DNA of 64,000 nt from Octopus sinensis (GCF_006345805.1 NC_043004.1:32984001-33048000), one strand, 5' to 3'. Positions 13,055-26,855 are shown, counted from the stretch's first letter. Translations and numbers: made by a program. Notes: generated from the sequence alone by a model not told the origin.

Positions 13055-13590
13055 AAACAACAACAGCAGCAGCAGCAGCCACAACAGTAGCAACAAGTAT
13101 TACCACCACCACCACCACCACCACCACCACCACCACCACCACTACCACCATCACCACTATCACCACCACCACCACCACCACTGTCGCCGCTGCCACCACC
13201 ACCACCACCACAACCACCACCACCACCACCACTACCACCATCACCACTATCACCACCACCACCACCACTGTCGCCGCTGCCACCACCACTACCACCACAA
13301 CCACCACCACCACCACAACCACCATCACCACTAACACCTTGCCACTGCAGCCACCATCATGACAATATCGATGACAACGACGACGACGACACCACCACCA
13401 CCACCACTATCACCACCACCACCACCACCACTGCCGCCGCTGCCCCCACCACCACTGCCGCCGCTGCCCCCACCACCACCATCACTAACACCTTGCCACT
13501 GCAGCCACCATCATGTCAACATCGATGACAACGACGACGACGACGACCACCACCACCACTACAACAACAACAACAACAACAACACCCACA
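13055..13590. repeat. (ACC)n/(CAG)n/(AAC)n compound trinucleotide tract with higher-order duplications
   Basis: The blocks CTGTCGCCGCTGCCACC and CTAACACCTTGCCACTGCAGCCACCATCATG are each repeated twice. Confidence 0.95.
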
Positions 13591-14019
13591 TGAACAACAA
13601 AATCTGCAGTAAGTGAGTCTACACTATAAGCCATGCGTTGAGTGCATTTACTAAAGTAAAGCAATAAATGGCAGGAGGAAGCAGAGGAGAGACGAAAGAG
13701 TGTTGAATGTGGAGGAAATTGTCAAGTTGGAAATTGTGAAGAATTTCAATTGGGAAGCAAAGCAATGTAATGAGATAATTGCCCAAGAAACAGAAGAAAG
13801 TCTGAGAACATTCACATCCTTTGTGATTTCATCATCGAATGTGAATAAATTACAAGATAAATGGCACTGTGCTGTGTGGAGGAGTAATGGAAGAAAGACG
13901 GGAGAACTTTGAGAAAATGTGAAATATTTAATATTATAATATCAGACTTTGGAATCAGGATCTGGGGACCAAAACGGATGGAGAGAAAAAAAAAGCAGAA
14001 TGTCAGCAAGGAATTACGA

Positions 14020-14249
14020 ATATCATCATTGTCGTCGTCGTCGTCATCATCAGCATCATTTTTGTCATCGGCGTCATTGTCTTTGTCATTGTCGTCGTTG
14101 TCATCATCATTATCATCACCATCATCATCATTGCTGTTATCATCATCATCACCATTGTCATTATCATCATTATAATTCTCAGCATCATCGTCATCATCAT
14201 CATTATCATCATCATCATCATCATCATCACCATCGTCATCATCATCATC

Positions 14250-14313
<64 letters not shown>

Positions 14314-14417
14314 CCATCATCATCGTCATCATCATCATCATCATCATCATCATCACCATCGTCATCATCATCATAATCATCGTCGTCATCATCATCATCA
14401 TCATCGTCATCATCATC

Positions 14418-14461
<44 letters not shown>

Positions 14462-14540
14462 CCATCATCATCCTCATTCCCCACCACTACCACCACCATG
14501 ATCATCCTCAACATTGTCATCGTCATCATCATCATTTTAA
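14020..14540. repeat. (ATC)n/(GTC)n trinucleotide tract, ~520 bp
   Basis: Read directly. It is the source of the spurious poly-His, poly-Asp and poly-Met ORFs. Confidence 0.95.
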
Positions 14541-15048
14541 CATTCACTTTTCCATGCTTTCATGAGTTGGATAGAATTTTCTGAAGTGGATTTTCTACAG
14601 CCAGATGCCTTTCCTCTCACTAGCCCTCACCTACTTCCAAGTTAGGTAATGTTGCTAATATTTCTCCATGGCCAGACATGTTTTCGTGGGAGATTGGAAA
14701 CAAAGCAAAATACCAGCATGATGTTTACAGCTATTCTGCAAAGACAAGGCAAAGAGACAGTAACACATACACACACACATACACAGACACACACATTCAC
14801 ACATGCACACACACTCTCATACACACTCACATACATTGACACATGCACACACATATACTCACACACTCACAAACACATACAAATGTGTAGCAGTATTTTG
14901 CTAAATTCTTTATATTCTGAGTTCAAATCCCACCAAGGATTTGAACTCATTCTTCCAGGTACAATAAAAGTAACAGTCATGCACTGGGGCTCATATAATA
15001 GACTGACCCCCTACTCCCTGGCAAAGTGCTAGTCTTGTAACTAAATTA

Positions 15049-15432
15049 TCTTTATATATAAAAGTGAAGTCTCCTACGATTTAGATTCCTAACTACTCCC
15101 ACATTTTGCGGCGCAGTTTAATCAAAACCGGGTATCTTATAGTCGTGATTCATATCGATCCCTTCTGGGTATTAGCGCGCGTCTATGATGAGTCTACGAT
15201 TTAAAAAAAAATTACCATAATTTTTTTCCATTTTAATGCATTTTTTTCGCTATTACATAAGGGAAGTAACTCTCAAAAAATGTCTACGATGAGTCAACGA
15301 TTTTAAAAATAATTTACCATCATTTTTTTCCATTTTAATGCATTTTTTGCTACTTTTTGGCTATAACTCTCTAAAAATGCTTATATAGTTATTTCCCTTA
15401 CAAACCCGAGCAACGCCGGGCGATACTGCTAG
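15049..15432 (+). mobile_element. Non-autonomous Helitron
   Basis: Starts A|TC, ends CCCGAGCAACGCCGGG hairpin..CTAG|T, and has no TSD. Homologous to 58687-59199. Confidence 0.88.
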
Positions 15433-16046
15433 TAAATTATAAATTAAGGGTTGTTGAATGGTTGAATTATGAGAAAAATTGTAGTTAAACTATTCGTAAA
15501 AATACCTTGCAGTGCTTGCCCTGACTTCTTACATTCTGAGTTCAATCCCTGCAAAGGTCAACTTTCCCATCTCTCCTGGGTTGATTAAATAAAAAGGTCA
15601 AGTATCAACAGGCCCTTTCCTCATAAAATTGCTTGCTTTTTAACTCCCCTCACTCATTCTTGCACCTAACTACAGTCAGGAATTGCGATGGCTCTAATAA
15701 TAAAAACAGGTGCAATTATTCTTCTTTCAACAAGAAGTATTAAGTCTGCATTTATGGGCTTGGTGCCGTACCAGTTCCCTTCGGGGAATACTACTCACTC
15801 GCATTCTCACCTAGTTGCAGTTGCCACACTAATTACCAGCAATTATGGTGGTACTAATCACAACAACAACAGCAATTACGTTTCTTTTTCCATCAACCAT
15901 TAAGTCCAAATTTATGTGATTGGTACCTTTACCAATTCTCTTTAAGAATTTCTATACCATTGTCTGCTGATTTGAAATAGTAATTTATGTAAAGATAATC
16001 TCTAATACAGTTTCCCTTCCTTCCAAACACACACACATATACCCTT

Positions 16047-16086
<40 letters not shown>

Positions 16087-16724
16087 ATATGTATGTATAT
16101 ATATATATGCACACACATACACCTCAACTTGAATAATATCTATGTGTAGTTTCAAAAAATTGTTTTTTTCCCCATATATTGCATATAACCCACAAAGAAA
16201 CCATTCTCTACAAATTCATTCTTTTGTTTTCTTGGCTGCAAGAATTCCACGATGTTATCTTCCTTTTCATTTTCTTTATCTTTTATTTTCTCTTTTTCTT
16301 CTCATCATTTTTGATCATTATCATTTTTCCCGGAGATCTTCTTTTCTTATCATGGTTGTGAGAGGATTAGGAAAGTTGATTCTGTTTCTTTTACCTTTTC
16401 TGCTGTAACTAAACATTAGTTTTTCTGTTTGTCTGTATTCTTGGATGTTGTTGTTCCAGGAACTTAGTTTTATCATCCTTAGGAATTTGATCGTTAGTAT
16501 TTTTCATTCTTAGACGTTTCCTCTTGTTCTTTACTTTGATGGTGTCTCTTTCTTAAAAGCCATTCATAGATCAAAACAATTAAAAACGACCATTCCTATA
16601 AGCAATTCCATGTTCTAAGATTCCGCTACAGAGACGTATTCAAGAACAACCAAAGTACTGTGGCTACAATTCATGAGGTGTGTGTTCAAAATTAATAAAC
16701 ACATTACTGAAATACATATACATA

Positions 16725-17270
16725 CGTAAAAAGGCACATAAAAAGCACCTTTTGAGCATGATCGTTACCAGCGTCGCCTTACTGGCACTTGCATTTGTGC
16801 TGGTGGCACGTGAACAAAACATTCGGGCGAGGTCATTGCCAGTGCCGCTGGACTGACTCCTGTGCAGGTTCGACCCTGTGCTTGAGGAGACCTATTGAGT
16901 CATTTACTTCAACATCGAAATATCAAATGGAAATTGTAGTTGTGATACCTGTGCCGGTGGCATGTAAAAAGTACCATCCGAACGTGACCATTGCCAGCGC
17001 CGCCTTGACTGGCTCCCTGCAGGTGGCACATAAAAAGTACCAACCGATCGTGGCTGCTGCCAGCCTGACCTGACACCTGTGCCAGTGATACGTAAAAAGC
17101 ACCCACTACACTCACGGAGTGGTTGGCGTTAGGAAGGGCATCCTGCTGTAGAAACACTGCCAAATCAGACTGGAGCCTGGTGCAGCCTCCTGGCTTCCCA
17201 GACCCCGGTCGAACCGTCCAACCCATGCTAGCACGGAAAACAGACGTTGAACGATGATGATGATGATGAT
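16725..17270 (+). mobile_element. SINE family C copy
   Basis: Multiple GTGCCGGTGGCACGTAAAAAGCACC-type sub-repeats, RTE-like tail and (TGA)n end. Confidence 0.85.
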
Positions 17271-17439
17271 ACACACATGGTGGGTGCAAACTCATGTTCA
17301 AGTATTGCCACTGCCTGATGGAAAGTCCCACACATATGAAGGCTAGAACCAGCTATTTTTGTGATAAAACTTACTTTTTCAAGCGACGCCTGAGCATTTT
17401 TTTATAGTGGAGAAAGGACTTGCACAAAACCAATCCCAC

Positions 17440-18300
17440 TCTCTGAACATGGGCAACATAAACTCGTAAAGAAGAACTAGTCTTTATCATCGAATATTGT
17501 CAAAGTCAAAAGATTTTTTCTCAAAGTTTCCCCTCTCATAGACAGATGTTGTGACAACAAAACTTAAGGAAATTCTACATAACCATAAAATCATTAAGAG
17601 CAGCAAACAGCCTTAGACATTGAAGAATATTTTCACCAATGCCAAACTATGCTGTAGAAAAAGGGAAACAAGAGTTGTAAAATGTGGTCACCCTAATTAC
17701 AGAACACGTTCCAATCTGTTGGAAGGATCAGAATTCCATTTCAGACAAGGGCAAATATTCAAAATCAAATCTAACTTCACTTGCACCTCCCAAAACCTCA
17801 TTTACGTAATCAGATGTTTGGGCTGCCGTTGAAACTATATTGGCTCAACAGGAAATTTGATCCGAAAGAGATGTGCTGTCCAGACAACAAATTTTCTCCC
17901 CTTATCGCCAAATATACCCCAGTCAACATATTGATGAATGTGCAGAATGATTACAATCACAATTCGTAATTTTTCCATTTTATCAACTTGCCTTCTGGAT
18001 CTCAACTTAAGTAAGCCTGAATAAAGATGCCTCATTTATCCAAAAATATAAACCAGAATTAAATATGAACCCATATTAAAAATAAAGGACTTACCCCATC
18101 TAATGTAAGATATAAGCCAGAATATAATAGAGAACACTAAAAAAATAAAAAAATAAAATGACAGATTTACCTCCCCTTTACTGCAAAATAAATGAATGAA
18201 AAATTATCTCCGCTAGCAGTATATATTTTTCCCTCTAGCACTATATTTTTTTCGACTCTCAGCTTGATGAGCAATGCGAAACCAGTTCTTACTTCAATTA
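17440..18300 (+). mobile_element. Penelope-like element 3' relic (GIY-YIG endonuclease plus start of pLTR)
   Basis: Translation IIKSSKQP*TLKNIFTNAK..KCGHPN..FTCTSQNLIYVIRCLGCR*NYIGSTGNLIRKR..FIQKYKPELN. A hammerhead-like motif follows at 18263-18282. Confidence 0.85.
18263..18284 (+). ncRNA. Degenerate minimal hammerhead ribozyme motif
   Basis: CTTGATGA-GC-AAT-GC-GAAAC, about 190 bp downstream of the GIY-YIG stop codon. One core change (TTGATGA for CTGATGA). Confidence 0.5.
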
Positions 18301-18730
18301 TATTGAAAGAACAAAACCTTATTTTGCACAAAATTGTATATCTTTATTAGCATGGCTCTAATATACTCTTAAATCCTGTAAAACAAATCTTCTGAGTTTT
18401 TCCATCTTTTCTCTTTCTATACATACATACATATATATATGTGTGCCTTATAATTTAACACACTCACCTGTAAAATTTCCTCTTATTTTTTATTATTTTT
18501 ATTTTTAAGTGGAAACTCTACCAGTGAGTGTGTTAAATTAGAAGGCACAAAAAGACTCCCCCAGACACAACAGATTATGTTTCAACACACGAACTCACAT
18601 AAAGAATTTTGCAAACCAAATCCATAAACGATATATATATATATATATATAAATATATACTGCTATACTTTGGGATGGCCATATCTTGCCAGTTAAACGT
18701 ATGTACTATATATTTGGTTTTCACATTAGC

Positions 18731-19086
18731 TTTATTACCTCTGCCTTCAATCATGTTTGTTTGTTAGTTAGTTTGTCCATGGACAAGATATCTCAAGAAC
18801 TGCTGGATGGATCCAGATGAAACTTTCAGGGATGTTTAGCCTCATGAATGGCACAAACTGATTCCATTTAGGGATCGATCAGATATTGGGCAAGAAATCT
18901 GGATTATTTTTCCTGTTTTTTTTACTTAACTTTGGAGAGTGGTCAGATTCATTTTTAGTATTCTCGTTTGTGAGAGGAGTCAAGTTTATTTCAGATATTC
19001 TCATTTTAAAAATCCTCTCTGGCTAATCGTTGAGAGAATGTTGGTGTTGTCCTAATGGAGGTTTGTACACACTGAGTGCTCTTGTT
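18731..19086 (+). mobile_element. Helentron/DINE-1-like non-autonomous element
   Basis: Starts TTATTACCTCTGCC, then (GTTT)n and GATATCTCAAGAAC..GGATGGAT..GATGAAACTTTCAGG. Ends GGAGGT..CACACTGAGTGCTCTTGTT (subterminal inverted repeat plus 3' hairpin). Confidence 0.65.
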
Positions 19087-19540
19087 ATAATCATTTTAAT
19101 TTCTTTGCCAAAGCTCTTTCATCACACATCCTGTGACCCCTTCAATGACTCTCCATTCCACGTGTCTCCTCTTGTTATGCTCATTCCCATTTTGTCTTTC
19201 TGTGATATGTATCCCTATTTGCACATGTTTTCACATCTGTATGTGTGTGTGTGCATGTATGTATATGTGTGTGAACGTGTGTGTATGTGTTTATGTGTTT
19301 AGTATGAGTGTTTTGTGTACCTTTATATGGGTTTGGTTACTAAACTGTTTGTAATTGTATCTTTTACTTATTTATTTACTGATTTCTTGTAGTCATTGGT
19401 TTTGGTTGGTCAGACAGTTATGGTTGGTTTCGTGTATATTATGCTCTTAGCAATGTAGGTGACTTATGAAACCTGCAGACTGAAGGTGGATAGTCTCTTT
19501 AATAAGAGAGGTAACAATATAGTCTCTCTCTCTTTCTCTT

Positions 19541-19593
<53 letters not shown>

Positions 19594-19933
19594 ATATATA
19601 TTATTATATATTATATGTATATGTGGGCACATGGCGTCACAAACGTGTACAACAAAGAATACAAAGTATGGATACATGAAATATATATATTATATATCCT
19701 GTGCCCACATATACATATAATATATACGAATCCATCATTTTTTGCTAAAATGTCGTATTGACGAGTTTCGTTTTTTCACTTTCCGAAGAGAAGATTGCAT
19801 TGTTTATACCTTTTATTCTTTTGAATAGTATCAGTGGAATTTTCGAAACATATGTAGAAAGTAAAAATACTTGTTTAAACCTGCGTTAACTCCATTTTTT
19901 ATTCATATTATATATTATATATATATAATATAT

Positions 19934-20001
<68 letters not shown>

Positions 20002-20425
20002 TGGTAATAATGGTAAGATAACAAAAGAAAGAAAGATACCTCAATGTTATGTAAATAGAGGAAATTTATCTGTAAAATAATATGTGACAGTTATTCAATA
20101 GCCAAGATAAAACTCTGAGTTTCAGATGGCGAGGTGGAAATCCACAACACCATCTCTTTTTATATACATATATATATATATTAAATGCTCGAAATACAAG
20201 AGTAGAAAAATAGTCAACAACTGATGAAGTGTCGTTATTATGTTGGTTGTCTTGTTTTCCATTTGTGACTTTCAATGTTCAAAAAAATAGTTCATATTTC
20301 ATGTATCCGTACTTTGTATTTCTTTGTTGTACACGTTTGTGACATCCTGTGCCCACATATACATATATATGTGTATAGATGTAAGTATGTACATATACAT
20401 ATGTATATATGCATTGCACCCAACT

Positions 20426-20455
<30 letters not shown>

Positions 20456-20456
<1 letters not shown>

Positions 20457-20659
20457 GAGCAGTGCATGTCAGCAAAGTGACACTGGGGTAAAATATATGA
20501 AGCCCAGTATACCCATCATGACTACCTGTCTGATAAGGGTACACCAGACACATGCATCACAACCATATGTAAGCGCCATAGTGATCTCATATCAAGACAA
20601 GCAGTGCATGACCTTGCAGGTGGGGCCCAGTTAGAATTTTCTTCATGTCGAGTAGCCAT
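20456..20659 (-). mobile_element. Truncated copy of repeat family D (trinucleotide-tailed retroposon)
   Basis: Homologous to 35392-35600 and abuts (ATC)n. Confidence 0.8.
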
Positions 20660-22585
20660 GTATGTATGTATGTATGTATGTATGTATGTATGTATGTATG
20701 ATGTATGTATGTATGTGTATAATATACATACATGACAAGCTTCTTTCTGTTTCCATCTACCAAATCCACACACAAAAAGATTTGATTGGCCCAGGGTTAT
20801 AGTAGAAGACACTTATCTAAGGCATCACACAGTGGGACTGAACCCAAGACCCCAAAACAAAAAGTAAAGTTCTTAACCACACAACCACGCCTAGACATCT
20901 ATTAATTTGAGGCCACGTTTCAATGAATGAAATCCTTATCATAATCTTGTTTAATGCTTGGGGCAAACTTATGATTGCAACTTGTTTATTTTGAAAGTTG
21001 AATGAATGCCGTTCTTGGTGATGTCATCTTCTACTGTAGTTCTGCTACCTTTCACCAAAATCAACTCTGTTTCTAAAATTAATTATTCTAGTGTTCAAAT
21101 AATATGAGATTATTTTTAATTAGTTAGCATGCGGCCTTATCTCTGCAATGAAAATGATTTAAAATTTAATGTCTTAAAGTAATAAACACAAATTAATATA
21201 AATTGAAGCAGGAGAACTGAACGTAACCCTATTTGTTAATTCAGTAAAAAAACCTTTCCACATTGATCATCATATTACACGATTTGAAAGTGTAAGCTAA
21301 TGTCATTATATTGCGTTTTTACAAGTTATAGAAATTGTTTATATAAACATCGGCATTTAGAATTAGTTCTTCAGAAGTTGATATAGAATCTAATTATGAT
21401 ATAGATATTAAATAGATTTTCATTTTTTTTATTTATTTAACCAATTGAAAAAAACCTCTTTGCATATAAATTTTATTTCCTTCAATAGCAAACAGGAAGT
21501 GCAAGCAAGTGATGTTGAATTTCTAGACAAGCTATTTACCATCAACATCTTGAAAAGTACTCTTGAGAAACACCTCAGCATATTTCTTTCAGTTTTTGAA
21601 AATTTCAAAACACACAACTTATTGTATGATAAAAATTTCAAATACCTAAAAGCACTTACATACCAAAAGGAAAACACAACAACATATTAAAAAAAAAAAC
21701 CCAAAAAAACCCCCGAAAGATCTTGTTAATTTAATTCCTTATTATTATTATTATTTTTATTTTTAATAGAAAAAATATTGGAAAACAAATTTTTAAAATT
21801 AGATATTTTCTTTCAAATTCTCTTGAGAATAGATTTTATTAATTGATCTCCGAGTATGTTGAAGAGCTTAAAAAGTAAGAAAAAAAGCCAAATTCCAAAG
21901 GTATCCTTCATTGCCATTGGCATAAACAATTATGCATGAACAATTGATTATTATGAAAATCTTCATAATAAGCAGCACTAAATAATGCCATGCAAGTTAT
22001 CTCCTGAAAATGCTCCTCCAAACAAGACAATTACTTCTTCTTTTGACACAATCATCTTGGCTCGGTTGAAACTCATAACTTCTCAAATTGATTCCGACAA
22101 TGTGACATGTCCACTTATCACCAGCGCAACACAGATTCCCACTTCTTCAGACAAACGAAACTATATCCGATGAAAGGAAATATTGCTTTTATTTAGTCAA
22201 ATGGAAGACAAATATTCTCACTGAATCTTATTTATTGGAACCAAGAAGATATGTATGAAATGTATATGTGTGTGTGAGTGCGTGCGCGTGTGTGTATAGT
22301 ATGTACATAATGTGTGTGGATAATGCATGCATATGTGCATTTGCATGTGTGTATGTGTGTATGTATGTGTGTATGAATGTGTGTGTATGAGTATGTATGT
22401 TTGCAAGTATATTTCAATTTCTAAATATGCATACATATAGGCTTATGTGAACATAAGCCTATATGTATGGTTTATACGCAGATGCATATATGCACATGCA
22501 TATATGCACATGCATAAACTGAACAGAATATGAATAAATAAATAAATGTATTGATATACATATATACATACAAATGCATATAAGA

Positions 22586-22616
<31 letters not shown>

Positions 22617-23053
22617 TGCAGATATATGGCCTGCAGATACATACATAAACACATGTATAGAGAGAAGTATGCATATGAACATATACATATATGTATGTAT
22701 ATGTACATATACACATATGTATATATATATATATATATATGTAAAAATACACTATGTCTGTGTGTGTGCGTGTGTGTGCGTGTGTGTGCGTGTGTGTGCG
22801 TGTGTGTGTGTGTGTATCATGTTTTCTAACTTTACTCTATTTCCTTTGCTGAGATATATATTGAATTAAACAGCTCGTCTGTACTCGTACAGGAGGAAGA
22901 AAGTTTTCCATGTCACATCTCATCTTCTGATTGCGATGCATGTGTACATGTATGGTTTTGTATGTATGTGTGTGTATGTGGTTCAATAGAAACCTACGCA
23001 CACCCAACTTTCACACACACACACACATATGTATTTATATATGTATATATATG

Positions 23054-23093
<40 letters not shown>

Positions 23094-24049
23094 GATATAT
23101 ATATGTATGCATATATATATATAATATATATATATATAATATATATATATATGTGTGTGTATATATATATGTATGTATATATATATGTATGTGTATATAT
23201 TCATGTGGATGATATAACATTGCATCAAACGTTATCATCCACATAGCGGCTGTCAATATGTGATTATTTTTAATGTGATGAGACTGATGTACAGATAATA
23301 ACCATATGGTTCTTGACAGAATTATATATTGGCATATGCTTATAGCTTTATGTGTGTATGTGTGTGTGTGTATGTGTGTGTGTGTCGATCACCATCATCA
23401 TCATCATCATCATCATCTTCGTCATCAACAGTAGCATTATTATTGTGGCTATCGTCACCACCGCTTTCACCAACACCATCACTAGTTTTACCTTCCTCGT
23501 TCATCATCGTTATCATCAGCATTGCAATTACGAATGGCTTACTAATTAGTGCTTTATGTCACACCAGGAAGCGTTCAATCACACAATGACTATTTGGATC
23601 TATTTGATATCTTTTGAAATGCTTTGTTTTCTCAAGATATCAGTGTATATGCATAGATATAAGACATATACATGGATATAGCACAAGTGACTACAAACGT
23701 GATACATTATAACTCTGATAGCAACATCCACAGACTTTGCTCCAGCCTAAAGCCAAACTATCTTCTCTTACTAGCACACCAACACATGTTATAGGTTTTG
23801 ACATGTTCATGGTACGAGCTAATAAAGACCTATATGTGGTGACCCTGCCTGCTAGAAATAGCAGGAAGAGTTCTGCGAGTCACACTCTTCTGTCTTAAAG
23901 AAAATAATGACGCATTAATCACTCAATGTAGTTCTAGGGTGAAATACTTTTGACTATAAATCTGTTCAGCAAGGGCTGACCTGGGGTTGAACAACAACAA
24001 CATCAAAACACATCATGTTTCTCTCTGAGACATGAATCTTTCACTCTTC

Positions 24050-24280
24050 TATTTCTTTACTACCCACAAGGGGGTAAACACAGAGAGGGCAAACAAGGAC
24101 AGACAAACGGATTAAGTCGATTATATTGACCCCAGTGCATAACTGGTACTTATTTAATCGACCCTGAAAGGATGAAAGGCAAAGTCAACCTCGGCGGAAT
24201 TTGAACTCAGAACGTAATGGCAGATGAAAAACTGCTTAGCATTTCGCTCGGCGTGCTAACATTTCTGCCAGCTTCCACCT
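24050..24280 (-). mobile_element. Nin/Deu-domain-type SINE (family A) with 12-bp TSD
   Basis: Reverse complement of the family A consensus, flanked by CTTTCACTCTTC on both sides. Confidence 0.9.
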
Positions 24281-24589
24281 TTCACTCTTCATTCTCAGTT
24301 CCATGTCTGTTACACCTTGAATTCAAACTTCCCAATCAAAGTATACTTGGAAACTATACTCCCCCCCCTAACTCTCTCTCTCTCTTTTATTTTATTTTAT
24401 CAACCCTGAAAGGATGAAAGGCAAATCTGGTCAGGTCAGGATTTGAACTCAGAATGTAAAGAGCTGGACAAAATACTGCCAAATATTTTGTCTGATGAGC
24501 TAATGATTCTCTTCGCTCACTGCCCTTCACTCATTTCGATAATTGCAACAAAATCTTTCAGTTCTGCAGGTATTTTCTAACCCCATGAA

Positions 24590-24820
24590 AGGTGGTGAGC
24601 TGGCAGAATCGTTAGCATGCCGGGCGAAATACTTAGCAGTATTCCGTCTGCCATTACGTTCTAAGTTCAAATACCGCTGAGGTCAACTTTGCGTTTCATC
24701 CTTTCAGGGTTGATAAATTAAGAACCAGTTATGCACTGGGGTAGATGTAATCGACTTAATCTATTTGTCTGTCCTTGTTTGTCCTCTCTGTGTTTAGCCC
24801 CTTGTGGGTAGTAAGGAAAT
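24590..24820 (+). mobile_element. Nin/Deu-domain-type SINE (family A) with 22-bp TSD
   Basis: GGTGGTGAGCTGGCAGAATCGTTAGC..TTTCATCCTTTCAGGGTTGATAAATTAAG. AGGTATTTTCTAACCCCATGAA occurs at 24568-24589 and 24821-24842. Confidence 0.9.
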
Positions 24821-25331
24821 AGGTATTTTCTAACCCCATGAATTTTGTCCATTTTCAATAGAAGTCACTACTAGTTACATCTGAAGTCGTCTTTGAATAG
24901 TCGGATGTCAATTTAACTGGAAAGAAACAATGCAGTTATTGATAAGAAGAGGTGAAATTAATGCAGGCAAGATTTCACAGCTCTAGCATCACTCTTTCAT
25001 AGTCAGCCTATGATCTTTCCAGCCTACTCTCATGTGTATGTAAGTGTATGTGTGTGTATCTGTGCGTTATATATAAGTGTCATTGTTGCTAGCTGTCTTA
25101 CAAAGGGGTCTAATGCTCTTAGCTTAGACGTTTTTGGGGGCAACCAAATCAAACCAGCTCATGTGTACCTGCCTGAAATGGTCGTAGCTTCTGGTACTTG
25201 ACTGATGAAAGAAAGCCAAGAATGACCCATCTTTTTTTGCCTGTCCTTCTAATTGTTGATTCTCTTGTTGGACTTTGTATCATCTATCTGTCCAAACGTT
25301 TTAATGCCCACTATTGCGTTTTTCTTCCATT

Positions 25332-25363
<32 letters not shown>

Positions 25364-25751
25364 ATACACACACACATACACAGATAGACAGATAAATGAT
25401 AAACAGACAGACAGCCACACACACATACTCTCACACACACACACACATGCACGCATGCACACATAGATCTCCATATATATATGCATATACATATATAAGT
25501 GTATATATATATAATACTGCCTGTTGATAATATTGGTGTAAAACTGTAGATAATATTCTGACTAGTTGTATGCAATAACTAATATCATATGACTTGTTGA
25601 TATAAAAATACACCTGTTCTGTTACTTAATAATACCAAATGTACTTATGGCCAACTATCTTACCTATCTATACAATAATATACAAATATATGTATGTATC
25701 ATATGTATAAGTATATATATGTATAATTGTGTATATATATATACATATATA

Positions 25752-26210
25752 GTGCTTGAGGAGACCTATTGTGTCAAGTACATCAACTTCAAAAAATCAA
25801 ATGGTAATTGTAGTTGTGAAACCTGTGCCGGTGGCACGTAAAAAGCACCAACCGATCGTGGTCGTTGCCAGCCTCGCCTGGCACCTGTGCCGGTGGCACG
25901 TAAAAAGCACCACCCGAACATGGCCGATGCCAGCACCGCCTTAACTGGCTTCTGTGCTGGTAGTATGGAAAAAGGACCAACTGATCGTGGTCATTGCCAG
26001 CCTTCTCTGGCCCCTGTGCTGGTGGCAAGTAAAAAGCACCCACTACACTCACGGAGTGGTTGGCGTTAGGAAGGGCATCCAGCTGTAGAAACACTGCCAG
26101 ATCAGACTGGAGCCTGGTGCAGCCTCCTGGCTTCCCAGACCCCAGTCGAACCGTCCAACTAATGCTAGCATGGAAAGCGGACGTTAAACGATGATGAGGA
26201 TGATGATGAT
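25752..26210 (+). mobile_element. SINE family C copy
   Basis: Highly similar to 16880-17270. Confidence 0.85.
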
Positions 26211-26549
26211 ATTGTAATGGAGCAATGTTCTAATTCTTCTATTAAAAAAATGTGTAAGAAACAGCTATAATGAACTGACAGTGATCCATCATCTGTTATT
26301 ATTCCTTTGGCTATAATACACCAAGGGAACTTATGATCTGCTGGCATGAATATTCATCATCTGATCAGTAGTATACCTAATAGAGTCCTTGCACTGAAAA
26401 ATACAGAGGGCATGTGTACTAAATATTAGATTTACACATAAATAATTTGAATTTATAATTTCAGATTTCATTAAATTTTAATGACTAATAGGGTATCTAT
26501 TTACTTCTGTCATGTGTGTGTGTGTGTGTGTGTGTATACTTATAAGTAG

Positions 26550-26630
<81 letters not shown>

Positions 26631-26632
26631 TC

Positions 26633-26824
26633 ACTCTTTTACTTGTTTCAATCATTTGACTGCGGCCATGCTGGAGCACTGCTTTTAGTCGAAGAAATCA
26701 ACCCCAGGACTTATTCTTTGTAAACCTAGTACTTATTCTATCGGTCTCTTTTGCCGAACTGCTAAGTTACGGAGATGTAAACACACCAGCATTGGTTGTC
26801 AAGCAATGTTGAGGGGACAAACAT

Positions 26825-26855
<31 letters not shown>

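Noticed and set aside
12970-13616. Mucin-like poly-Thr and formin-like poly-Pro ORFs
   Set aside because: This is a pure (ACC)n tract open in several frames, with no synonymous codon diversity and no convincing exon boundaries.
13812-14584. Poly-His and poly-Asp ORFs resembling histidine-rich or acidic proteins
   Set aside because: This is an (ATC)n microsatellite continuous with the tail of a minus-strand SINE at about 14520-14700.
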